Assembly: GCA_010909165.1 (NCBI GenBank)
Contig: VJWM01000011.1
Span: forward strand, 496,001 to 560,000
Source: Anthoceros angustus
Taxonomy: Eukaryota > Plantae > Anthocerotophyta
Length of the DNA: 64,000 bases
Direction of reading: 5' to 3'
Shown: positions 50,444-61,465 of the stretch, in pieces
Layout of the letters: the number at the start of each line of letters is the position of its first letter
Numbering within the stretch: the stretch's first letter is position 1
Position numbers and translations under genes: made by a program
Notes under the pieces: model-generated
Told to the model about the DNA's origin: nothing
The model's input: the letters and a program-made list of their open reading frames with translations, nothing else
Database searches by the model: none

Positions 50444-50875
50444 CTATGGCCATGGATTGGGGCAAAAGTCATCTGAGTTATTATCATTGTCAGGGAAATA
50501 ACGATATGTCAAAACGCACTTGTTAGAAGCGTACTTTCCACCCACTTTGAATTGACATAATTTCTCCCAAAGAAGATCCCCAATTAGTTTCAAGCAGTAG
50601 TAACATGATCCATCCATACATTTGGCGGTACCTAGGAAATGTTTTTGGTTCACAACATAAAGGTAGCCCAACTCTTGCATAGATGTTTGCTCGATCATTA
50701 CTTTCATTTCTCCATAAGTAGTCAAAGCTTGAAATTTATCTCTAAACTCTAATAGATCACAAACATGTGGACCACTTACCCAATCTTGGTTGAGAGGCTG
50801 AGCCAAGGTATGTGAAAATGATAATAAAATTATTAAAATGATGCATAAGCATGGAAAGTGTCGTAGGATATTCAT
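50444..50875 (-). CDS. Small secreted cysteine-rich protein, single DUF26/Gnk2-like domain
   Basis: 143-aa ATG ORF in AT-rich DNA; hydrophobic signal peptide ending TLA|QP; GTAKC-x4-C-x2-C-x12-C-x12-C-xxx-Y resembles the ginkbilobin-2 C-terminal pattern. Confidence 0.65.
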   Translation of the reverse strand: MNILRHFPCLCIILIILLSFSHTLAQPLNQDWVSGPHVCDLLEFRDKFQALTTYGEMKVMIEQTSMQELGYLYVVNQKHFLGTAKCMDGSCYYCLKLIGDLLWEKLCQFKVGGKYASNKCVLTYRYFPDNDNNSDDFCPNPWP

Positions 50876-51122
50876 GTTCTTTGTATTATGTATTATATAT
50901 TTGTTTTGGGATATGATAATGTATATAGTAGATCAAAGAGAAGATTAAATATCATATTATATTCTTTTCACATTCGAGAAACCTTGATTCTAGAACAAAA
51001 TGTTAGGATCTTTAGTTTTCTCTACCCATAGTTTTTGTTGATCTTCATATTACATAAATATTAAAATACTTTGTGACATGGATGAGTTTCAAAAACTATT
51101 ATGACTATCGTACAATTACATA

Positions 51123-51467
51123 CCGTACCCCGAGGAGTGATTCGGCATTAATTAATTAAAATGAATAAAATTTGAAAATCCAAAAATTATTATACTTAAA
51201 ATGCTGAATATGTAAAAATTTATGAATTTAAAATACTAAAAACAAGGAAACTAAGGTTTTTGTGGAAAATTAGGCCATGTTTAGGGGAGGTTTATACATA
51301 TCCATTAGTTCTATATAGATACCTATGTATTTTGATAAATTTTAAATTTGATTAAATTAATTTTCATAAATATTGAAATTTTAAAAATATAAATATTTAT
51401 GTTGAACCTTATTTTAAAAAAATAATTATTTCGATATTATCCTGTTGAACCATCCCTGGGGATACGG
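51123..51467. mobile_element. Tc1/mariner-type MITE, 345 bp, TA target-site duplication
   Basis: ta|ccgtacccc ... ggggatacgg|ta termini; second copy at 34328-34672. Confidence 0.82.
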
Positions 51468-51724
51468 TATTATATTTTCAATTATTAATTTAATAAAATA
51501 GAAGTTCGATTTAATCTTAAATTTTAAACGGTTGTTTTTCTTTGCTTTCAAGATAGTTTTTGAGTTTTAGAGTGATAAATACTAATTCAGACTATACCTC
51601 AAGGATTAGAATGTCTAGGCCTTACTTATCGTGCGCTAAGGCTTATCATAGCAGCATGAATGGGGTTGGCCTCCCCCTTTCTTGTATTGTTGCTTTCTTC
51701 TGGCAGAGGGTTTCCGTCGCTGTG

Positions 51725-51895
51725 CAGAGGGCGTTGGCTAACGCAGTGTACAGAGGGCGTTGGCTAACGCAGTGTACAGAGGGCGTTGGCTAACGGTGTC
51801 TGAGCGTTAGCTAACGCGGTGTCTGAGGCGTTAGCTAACGGTGTCTGAGGCGTTAGCTAACGCAGGTGTCTGAGCGTTAGCTAACGCGTGTCTGA
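51725..51895. repeat. Seven-copy 21-26 bp tandem repeat with palindromic core GCGTTRGCTAACG(C)
   Basis: Cores at ~51731, 51757, 51783, 51804, 51828, 51850 and 51874. Confidence 0.9.
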
Positions 51896-52322
51896 AACGG
51901 CGAGCGGAGATGCAGCTTCTTCGACACCGGTGGTAAGTAGGCCTTTTCACATCCCTGACCATGAAGTTCTTCGGGCGATTGGTAGTTTTGAAATGCGTGA
52001 TGGTGCGGACTAGTCCCCTGGGCATGGAGCCCTTCGTTGGTTTTCCCCTTTTGTTTTTGGGTGGAAGGGTTTTTCCCATCTCCTTTTTATAATAGAGTCT
52101 TCTTTCCCTCTTTATTAAATGTTGAACGTTGAGGTATCCTGGTGCTTTTGGTGGGTTAGATGGAATGATGCACGAGAGCCCGGGAACCGCGGTGGGAGTC
52201 TTTCCACGCTTGAGGAATATTCGAAGGGTTCACAAAAACCAAGGAACCCTTTGCGAGGTGTGAAACTTCCTGTGAGCTAGTATTCCGGGCTGACCAGGGA
52301 GGATGAATTTCGAGCAAAGCTG

Positions 52323-54869
52323 TCAATGCCGGTCGTTACATGAACAGGATCCATCCCGGAATCGATGTACTCGGTGTGCATCTCTCACTATGATCTCTCG
52401 ATTCTCAAGGTGTGACATTACCTTGGTGCTGCTGTGGCAATCGTCGCACATGCGAAGGCTTTTGGTCACCAGTAAAGGTGTACCATCCGGTGTGTTCAGC
52501 AGACCATATGCCAAGGCTAGTTTCTCTGCATGCCCACACAGAGCATCCTCTTTCTCCTGCTCAGACATTCCCCTCAAAACCAAGTCTGTTTGTGGTACAT
52601 GGCCTCCTTCCTCCTTCAACCTCAAGTTTACACTGCTCAGCTTGGAGAATATGTCAGGCCTTTCTTCCCCTACAGTGAACTCGTGAACCTCGTCTTTCAC
52701 TTCTATGCATGCCTTTGCAGGCTTCTTAACAGCGCCTGCTATCTTCCTCGAGTTTTCAATCCCATCCACATCCTGCCACCTGCCTGCATTGGCATAGATG
52801 TTACCCAGCAGTACGTACGAGCTTGCATCACCAGCATCCAGTTCTACAAGGCGGTCGAAGCATCGCCTTCCACGCTCAACATCGCCATGGCTTTTGCAGG
52901 CACTCAGCAAAGCTGTCCAGCCCACAACGTCGTTCACAAGCGACGTAGTTTGCAGCATGTGTTCAGCTTCATCCAGTTGGCCTGACCGGCCAAGAAGGTC
53001 CACCATGCAACTGTAGTGTCGATTGGATGGCTCTAACCCGTGATCCTCAACCATCATCCTGAAAAACTGCTGGCCCTCACGCACCAGGCCTGCATGACTG
53101 CATGCCACAAGGAGACAGATAAAGGATGTCTCATCTGGCTTAATGCCTTGCAGGAGCATCTCTTCGAAGCAGCTGATTGCCATTTGACCCTCGCTATGTT
53201 GAGCATACCCGTTGAGCAAGGCCGTCCATGTCACCAGATCCCTTGTGGGCAATCTGGCGAACACGGTGCGAGCCTCCTCCAAGTTTCCGCATTTTCCATA
53301 CATGTCCACCAGGCAGTTCCCAATGGCTGCAACAGCCTCAAGGCCTTGTTCCCGAATCTGAGAGTGGAGCTCCTTCCCCAGCTGCAGGGCTCCCACACTG
53401 GCACAAGCTTGAAGCAGGCACACAAATGTTACATGATTGGCTGGAGTGATGCCCTCCTTTCGCATACTAGTGTACAGAGCCAACGCATCCCGACCAAATC
53501 CGTGCCGTGTATATCCTGAGATCATGGCAGTCCATGTCACCACATCTCTCTTGGGCAATCTGTCAAACACGCTCCGAGCATCCTCCAAGCTCCCACACTT
53601 GGCGTACAAATTCACCAAGCAGTTACCGATAACTGCATCTGCTTCCAGGCCTCTACTCCGAATCTGCAAGTGAAGCTGCTTCCCCTGCTGCAGCGCACCC
53701 ACACTGGCACATGCTTGAAGAAGGCATACAAATGTAACCTGATCGGCTAGATTTATCCCCTCCTGTTGCATCCTTTCATACAAAGCCAGAGCTTCTCGCC
53801 CAAACCCTCGCTGCGCATATCCTGCAATCAGAGCAGTCCATGTCACAACGTCTCGTCTGGGCAAACTGTCAAACACTTTCCGAGCATCAGCCACGCTCCC
53901 GCATCTAGCATACATAGTCACCAAACTGTTGCCCACAAAAATATCGGCCTGAACAGGACTCGCCTGGAGATCAGCGTGAACCTCTTGGCCCGAAACCAGA
54001 TCCTCTGCCGAAGCACAGGCCTTGAGAACTGCCGCAAACACATGGTTATTTGGCTTCACACTCGATTCTCGCATTTGCCGGTAGAGCTGAAGAGCCTGTA
54101 TGGACTGCCCGTGCTTGGCATGTGCCAGTATGATGGACGACCACAGATAGACATTGGGCGCACTTACTTTGGAGAAGACCTGCATTGCATCCTCCAATTT
54201 GCCATACGAAGCATACATCCCGATCATGTGGGTCGCCAAGAATGCATTTCCCTCATACCCACATTTGACAACAAAGGCATGAGCTTGCCTTCCACACACA
54301 AGATTTCCCTCTGCCATGCACCTCTTCAGCACAAGATACAGCACAGCCAGAGTGTCACTCGCACCACATCCTTGCTGCACCAGAAGATCCAACGCTTCAA
54401 GAGCATCACTCAGCTCAGACTCCTCACAGCGTCGCCTCAAAGCCTCAACCATGCATTTCCTCTCTTTACCACCATCTCCTGCACCGGAAACAGGAGGTTC
54501 CCTCATCCCAATATCCCACCTGGCCAGCTGGGGATCCACCCAGGCTGGCTTGTTCGGGCTGTTGAGCCACAGCGCTTCCTTGGAGATCTTGTGCCTGAAG
54601 TCGGGATGGCGGGGGCCTTTCTTCCCCGATCGGATGTCCCACCACTCGGAGGGGTCCGAGAAGAGGTGCTGCCACAGAACCTCCTGCCGCTCTCTCCGAT
54701 CAATCCCCGCAACAGTGCAGGAGCCCACGCAGGACTCGCTCCCGCTTGGCTTGACTGACAACATGTTGGGCAGCCATGGCTGGGTGGCCAACGTGCGGGA
54801 ATCGGCAAGTGCCGGATCCGGCGGCTGCAGGGCCAACGCCAGCTGCAGCTGGCGTCGCTGCATTGCCAT
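52323..54869 (-). CDS. PLS-class PPR protein with E1/E2 and DYW:KP (DRH-type) deaminase domain plus an N-terminal OSB-like PDF motif; candidate U-to-C RNA editing factor
   Basis: Intronless 848-aa ORF; ~14 P/L/S repeats; KKPAKACIEV replaces the PG box; HAEKLA...CDDCH zinc site; ends GSCSCNDRH; aa ~66-115 WQHLFSDPSEWWDIR..RHPDFRHK..ALWL..PAWV. Confidence 0.95.
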   Translation of the reverse strand: MAMQRRQLQLALALQPPDPALADSRTLATQPWLPNMLSVKPSGSESCVGSCTVAGIDRRERQEVLWQHLFSDPSEWWDIRSGKKGPRHPDFRHKISKEALWLNSPNKPAWVDPQLARWDIGMREPPVSGAGDGGKERKCMVEALRRRCEESELSDALEALDLLVQQGCGASDTLAVLYLVLKRCMAEGNLVCGRQAHAFVVKCGYEGNAFLATHMIGMYASYGKLEDAMQVFSKVSAPNVYLWSSIILAHAKHGQSIQALQLYRQMRESSVKPNNHVFAAVLKACASAEDLVSGQEVHADLQASPVQADIFVGNSLVTMYARCGSVADARKVFDSLPRRDVVTWTALIAGYAQRGFGREALALYERMQQEGINLADQVTFVCLLQACASVGALQQGKQLHLQIRSRGLEADAVIGNCLVNLYAKCGSLEDARSVFDRLPKRDVVTWTAMISGYTRHGFGRDALALYTSMRKEGITPANHVTFVCLLQACASVGALQLGKELHSQIREQGLEAVAAIGNCLVDMYGKCGNLEEARTVFARLPTRDLVTWTALLNGYAQHSEGQMAISCFEEMLLQGIKPDETSFICLLVACSHAGLVREGQQFFRMMVEDHGLEPSNRHYSCMVDLLGRSGQLDEAEHMLQTTSLVNDVVGWTALLSACKSHGDVERGRRCFDRLVELDAGDASSYVLLGNIYANAGRWQDVDGIENSRKIAGAVKKPAKACIEVKDEVHEFTVGEERPDIFSKLSSVNLRLKEEGGHVPQTDLVLRGMSEQEKEDALCGHAEKLALAYGLLNTPDGTPLLVTKSLRMCDDCHSSTKVMSHLENREIIVRDAHRVHRFRDGSCSCNDRH

Positions 54870-55045
54870 GTGCTCTGCCTGGTTCTGGCAAACCCAGGTA
54901 CGACACGTCTGTCCAGCAACCTGGTGTGATCTAAGACAGGCCTGTCGTCCTCAGGAGACGTGCTTGGATCAAACACTGAAGTGGAAATACTTTGGAGCCT
55001 GTGAGTCCAGGAATCGGGATAAGTTGATTCTGGTCCGTGGTGGGC
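54870..55045. promoter_or_regulatory. Putative bidirectional promoter or overlapping 5' UTR region between PPR and HflX
   Basis: Divergent start codons only 176 bp apart; no specific motif identified. Confidence 0.45.
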
Positions 55046-58000
55046 ATGGCGTTCTCCTCCGTGTCGTCAGTCTTGACATCTTCGACGCACATAACGTGCC
55101 AGATTCTGGCAGAGTTGCATGCTCCCTACCTTGCTGTTCCTGCTAGCCTGAGACAGCCGGCGCAAGGACTTCGTCTGGGCCACAGTGACTTGTTTGGAGA
55201 TGGTTGCACTGGGATTTCCAAATGCAGCCACCAGAGTTCAGGTGGGAAGGCGAGGAACTGGGCCTGCCTGGCCAGACTGCGGGATGACGGGGACGGCAGA
55301 GGTGGAGAGTATTTCAGAGAGGATGCTGCTAGTGAGAGTCTTACCTTCGACAGTTGGTTGGAGAGTACCTCTGTTGCAAAGAGTGCTCTGGTTGAAGACG
55401 GTGGAGGGCCAATCTCAGATGTCACAGACGTGAGGCTTCCGACCGGGCAGGAGGATAAGCAAGAGGACTGGGGATGGTCAGACTCTGACACTGAGGTGCC
55501 AGCAGAAGCATCCACGTCGGGCAAGAGGGCCAGGGACAGCGAGAGGGAAGAGAACGGAAGGTTTCGGGTTAGAAATGGCCGTGAGGTAAGGATGCAGGAC
55601 TTGCTATAATGCAGTGGGCTTCTGATTTGCCTCTGCCCCTTGGAGACTGGGTGTGGGGTGCCATCGGTTGTATGAGGTCTGATATCAGCTCAGCGCAGAT
55701 TTATGAGGAGAGGGCGTATTTGGTTGGAATTGAGCGTAAGGATGGAACCAATTCCGTATTCTCCATAACAGAATCTCTTGCGGAGCTGGCACAGTTGGCT
55801 GACACGGCTGGGGTTGTTGTAGTTGGCTCCACATACCAGAGGTAGGTGCGGTCGTTTCCCAAGCTTAGGCGGGTGAGGATGTTTCTGCTGCCTCGAACAT
55901 GCTTTGTCCTAAGACTCCTTCCAGGTTGGAGCATCCGAACCCGAAGACATATATAGGGTCGGGAAAGGTGGCAGATGTCAAGACAGCCATCCGTGCATTT
56001 GATGTGGAGACTGTGATTTTCGATGACGAGCTATCACCAGGGTCAGTGGCCCAGGACAAGGATATTTTTTTGCCGCCTGCAAGCTGCTCATGCTGTGGGC
56101 TAGTGTAACAGCTCGAGAATCTTTGTTTGAAATTGAGGAACGGTGTTCATGACAATGCAGACAGTTGAGGAACCTGGAGAAGGAATTTGGGAACGATGTG
56201 CGAGTCTGTGACAGGACGGCATTGATTCTTGATATTTTCAACCAACGAGCAGCCACTCGTGAAGCCTCACTGCAGGTCCCCTTGCATGCTCGGTCTTGAG
56301 TTCTTCTTGGTGCTCTTCTTGAAGGGCTTTCAATCAAAAATTGCTTGACAACATTACCTTGGCTTCAGGTGGATCTGGCACAATTGGAGTACCAACTCCC
56401 CAGGTTAACAAGAATGTGGTCTCATCTCGAGAGACAGGCTGGAGGACTTGTAAAGGGTATGGGTGAGAAGCAGATCGAGGTTGATAAACGACTTCTCCGC
56501 ACAAGGGTAGGGGGAAACATTCCTGTACCATGCTTCAGCATCTTCACGGCATTTCCTTCGTTCTTGGAGAGGTTCAACTCATCTGTTTCAATGGTCGTCG
56601 TTCAGATAGCAGGTCTCAAAAAGGAGCTGGAATCGGTACGAGAGCATCGGCAGCAGTACCGTGATCGACGAGCATCAGTGCCCATTCCAGTCCTGTCACT
56701 TGTAACGACCAGATGACAGCATTGCATATGTGACATGAATTGGCAGGAAGCAGCTTCAAGATTTAACACACACGTACTGCCTGGCAGGTTGGTTACACAA
56801 ATGCGGGAAAGAGCACACTTTTGAACCGCTTGAGCAACGCAGGCGTGCTGGCTGAGGACCAGCTTTTTGCCACTCTTGACCCAACAACGAGGCGCGTTGA
56901 AGTATGGCACTCTCCAATACTTCATCTGTTTTTTTGGCAGTAGCATACTTGTCAATGTTTCTGGCTTACTTGGAAACTGTAAGACACTGATCCCAAGATA
57001 CCTCCTCTCCAACGTATGCTCGTGCAGCTACCAAATGGGAAGGAAGTTTTGTTCACAGACACAGTGGGATTTATTCAAAAGCTTCCGACACAGCTTGTAA
57101 GCAAAAGCCACTGCCTACTGCCGTGCATGCTATAGGCCCAGAGGTTGAGCCACTTGAATCCTCTCAATTAGTACAAGGTAACAGACTTACTACACTTGTC
57201 TGCTGTCAGGTTGCCGCCTTCCGCGCCACTTTAGAAGAGATCAGTGATTCATCGTTGATGCTGCACGTCGTAGATATCAGGTTGGTTGATCTATCTTTTT
57301 GGATCAGTGCATTTTGGGCTCGGTGGCACCTTTCCAGTAACGTGGATCATGTCCTCACATGGCTCTGCCTGGTTGATGCAGCCACCCTATGGCGAAGCAG
57401 CAAATTGAAGCTGTAAATAATGTTCTGAATGAGCTCGATGTCAGTCACATTCCACTCATATCCGTGTGGAATAAGGTGGGTTCCAGCAAACCAGATAAGG
57501 AGCACTCTTGCCTTGTCTTACAAAGGTTGATGGATGTCACATGTTACCTGACCTGTTCTTGTTATTCCTAGTACAATTTTGCAGGTTGACAGGGCTGCCA
57601 ATCCTAACGCTTGTAGAGCTGAGGCAGCCCGGAGAGGTAACGTGGTGTGCATATCAGCTCTCACAGGAGAGGGCATGGATGAGTTTTTCCAGATGATTGA
57701 CAGCAAGATAAAGGTACGTTTGATCTGAGCTGTGGCAGGAGCAAATGTGAAAGCATTTGTGTCGGCAGCTGAATCTTTGGAAGGTGCATGTCCACAGGAT
57801 CTCCTGGTCAGGGTTCAGGCTGTGGTCCCCTACGGCCAAGGGGAACTTGTCAACAGCATCCATCGGTTAGGCATCGTGGAACAAGAGGTTAGGTTTTGTT
57901 ACCTCTCGGTCCCTGTTGGCACTACACGTGGACTGCCATGACATGCTGTCGATCTTGTGCAGGAATACATAGAGCAGGGAACGCTTGTCACAGCGCACGT

Positions 58001-58058
58001 TCCTTTGGCACTCTCTAAACAGTTGCTTCCATTGCGGCAGCAGACTACAAAGCTGTAG
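55046..58058 (+). CDS. hflX: HflX-family ribosome-associated GTPase, plastid type, multi-exon
   Basis: [65 protein letters not shown]1 [41 protein letters not shown]4 [13 protein letters not shown]; stop at 58056-58058. Confidence 0.95.
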
Positions 58059-58562
58059 GCGACTGTGACAAACGTGTGCGCTCTGTGAGCACGACTTGAG
58101 TCTCAGTGTTAAGAGAAAGCAAGCTTGCAGCAACTAGCAATGTATATTTCGCGACATGTGGCGGTGAAACTAACGTCTATCTCCGTGGTACTATTAGCTT
58201 GTCTGGCAGCTTGGTTCATCATTTCTTTACATTGAGCGAACTTGTCTTACCAGAGCGTTTAGTGCATAGGAAAAGAAAAACCCAATGTCCTACATGGCCA
58301 GGCAATGCAGTGCATGGCATGCCTTAGATCGTCTGCAAGAGGAAGAAGCAGACGGGCCAATGTTCTGCAACAAGAAGAAGAAGAAGTAAATAAAGTTGAA
58401 TGGAAGGAATTTCGGTCGTGGGACTGATAAAGATAGAAATACATAGAAGCATTCATGTTTAACCGTTCTCCTGCATTTGACCTAAGTACTAGTGGTGTGA
58501 AGTAGATTTGTTTTTCATTTGGTATATCCTGAAAATGAATCAGAAGAACGGGGGGAGAATTC

Positions 58563-58658
58563 TTTTAGCAAGGGTTCTGATTCCCCTACCCGTCGTAACA
58601 TCGTAGCAATTGTTTTAGCAAGGGTTCTGATTCCCCTACCCGTCGTAACATCGTAGCA
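58563..58658. repeat. Short direct repeat, 2 x ~46 bp
   Basis: ttttagcaagggttctgattcccctacccgtcgtaacatcgtagca occurs twice. Confidence 0.9.
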
Positions 58659-59117
58659 GAGGGAGACCGTACTTCCCCAAGCACATCTGTGTAGGTGCCT
58701 AGATACCATCGCAGGTTCTGTGGGCCTTCCTCACTTCCTCACCCACTAAAACTCCCCACCAATATCTGGGGTGAAGTGGATAAGGTAGATAACCCTATGC
58801 TTTACATGGCATGCTATGGCCAGCCCGATGCTCTACATAAAATTCTCCTTCTTCTTCTTCTACATGGCATGCTGGTTGCGATGGCATGTGGCTTTACATG
58901 GCGTGTTCAGCACGCTCCAGTTTTCCGAGCATCAAGCCACGTCTTTGTGATTGATTGGCAAAGGGCCTACAGGTTTTCTCCCTCCAGGTTCTCATGCTCA
59001 CTTTCTATTCACGACAATGGGCACAATTCCTGGTGGAAAGGTAAGTACCATACAGGTCTGGAAAACGTGCTTTCCTGCACTTTCGTGAACACACCATTCC
59101 CCTTAGCCAACCCTAGC

Positions 59118-61465
59118 CTACTCCATATCGTCCATTTCCAGAGCGGGCATCATCGTGAGCTTCTGGCCCACAACGTCCTTCACTCTTTCCCTCAGTTTTC
59201 TTCTCTGGTCGTGAATCCGACGCAAGCCAGTGCCCACCACAACTGTCGAGTACAGACAGTGGGTAACCATTGGAGCCAATATATTACCAGTCTGTAGGCA
59301 ACGGTAGAAGTCAGCCAAAGTGCTGAACTAGGCATCAACTGACAACGCAACATTTCAGTTTCCTCAGCCAGCGTCTGATACCGCACCTGAATCCATTCCA
59401 CTCCCAGGTACAGGGCCAACAAAGCCTCCATAAGAGGAGAGTATATCTTTCGCAACTGACGCCGCTCATACCAAACTGATGGAAACAAACGACCGGTTAG
59501 AACAGAATGAATCGAAAACAGGCAACAGATAGGACTGATCAGACAATTTTACACACCCTCGACACGCTTCTTTAAGTCCCGTTTGCCTTGATTACTATGA
59601 GATATAATGTACTTCGGATCTGCACAGCACATGTCCACATTTCAGAAATCAGAAGTGAAAACAGTGAAGGAGTTGTGAGTCAAAAGTGACCTCTGCTATG
59701 ATTGCTACCTTTTGGGGAAGAGATGATATAATACATAGATCCAATGAGAGATGAGGTGAGAAAAGCTGCAAACCCTTGCGCAAATGGTACAAACAAGGGG
59801 ATGAAGCCAGTCTGTGACAGCAAAGCAGTACATTACACGCATCAGAAACTACCATAGCAACATCAAAAAGCACGCGACTAGTAAACGGAAAAAGTTTACC
59901 AGAGCTGCAACTCCGAGCACAGTTTCATCCACTCCTTCACTTCCAGTGATTTTCAGAGCATGTGTGAGGCCACCCTGAAACACACAAGAAGGCAAATCAA
60001 CTTCGTCCCGGCAACCATCAACTCCTGACAGCAAGAACGAACAGCAGACCCGACACATAATGACGGCTGAGAGGAATGTCGAAGTCTTCTTCGGCCAACT
60101 ACGAACCTGAATTGCCACCCTGAAAAACATCTCCTCTGACAGTGCTCCCGTGGCAACCACGAAAGCAAACTGGTAGAGAAATCATGTCAGATGATTAGCA
60201 GAAGGGCCTACGCTGACTAGCCACAGTGCGACGATGCGCAGACCCTTCAAAAAGCGAAACCACCAGCAAGAACCGCATAGTTACCTGCCAAGGTGACATC
60301 CCAGCGAAGAAATCCATAATCTCATTATCTTCGACATCTCGTATAGCTCTTGCAGCTGGCCAATGTTTTACTACTTCATCCTGACACAGATGGGACGAGC
60401 AAGGAAGTAAGTTTGCGCAAGCTCCCACAGACTTTTCGATCAAAATTCAGAGAGAGACAAACGTGATACAAAGCAAGTCCATCACTCACCTCGAGGATGA
60501 CAAGTATTGCAACCATCGGAGGGACGGCATATCCAAGCCCCTTCATTGCCATCTCGATGTCCAACTCGAAGCCACCCCAGCAATCAATTCCAATGACGTT
60601 GCACAGGACGTTGCCGGCCAGGGCCAAGCCTCCATACATGACTAAAAGGCAGAACAAAGCACCTGTTACACCATGCTCGACTTGCACAAACCCTGTCGAT
60701 AGCAAACAATTCCACGCGACAAGCATCACCAAACAGAAGGTCGCAGCACCCAAAACTCACCGGCAGCGTAAACCACTCTGAAAACCATATTGATTTGTTC
60801 CCAGCTCGGATCAGACTCATCAACAAGAGCAACCATGGGCTGGACTCTCCATTCCGCACCCTGCAAAGGTCCACGACCCGCCTCGGAATCGTCAGAAGTC
60901 TCACTACAACCCACCAGTACCTCATTCCCGACAGCCCATCGACGCAGGTAGCGATTACCACACAACTCACCTCCAATGCCCGCATATCGCCCACGTCACG
61001 CATATCCTGCCCGCCTTTCGCCGTCATTTCCTCCTCTACCCGATCCGAGCCCCTCCCGCCCAGAGCCCTCACCGGCGCCCAGGATCCTTCCAACCTCCAG
61101 TACCTGGCCATCCCGGGCCTCAGCCCCCGCGGCGCTCGGGGCCTGGCCCCGAACCCAGGCTCCCCGCCACTCTGCCTCCTCCCTTCCAGACATGCCACGG
61201 ATTCCAGCCTCCCGGACACAGAGGCCACAGACGGGGACTGTACGGCCCCAGACCAGCTCCCCCGCTTGGCCCCGGGACTGCGCCAGCAGGTGGCCAGCCC
61301 CCCGGGATCCCTGGAGCAGCCGGGGGAAGAAGCCGCAAAGCACCTGTCGTGGATGCCGCCATTGTTGCCTTGCTCAAAAGTTTTGTCGTCGAATGTGTGC
61401 TTGAAGCAGGAGCTGGGAGCGGCCACCAAGGCCTCCCCCGCAACCACCGTCCTACACAATGCCAT
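59118..61465 (-). CDS. BCM1/BCM2-like CAAX amino-terminal protease (CPBP) family chloroplast membrane protein, multi-exon
   Basis: GLGYAVPPMVAIL, DEVVKHWPAARAIRDVEDNEI..FFAGMSPWQ, EEMFFRVAIQG, WYERRQLRKIYSPLMEALLALYLGVEWIQ, TGNILAPMVTH, RIHDQRRKLR. Confidence 0.87.

Noticed and set aside
58570-58592. tRNA T-arm-like word gggttctgattcccc
   Set aside because: Not a canonical TTCRA loop and no other tRNA arms; kept only as a direct repeat.
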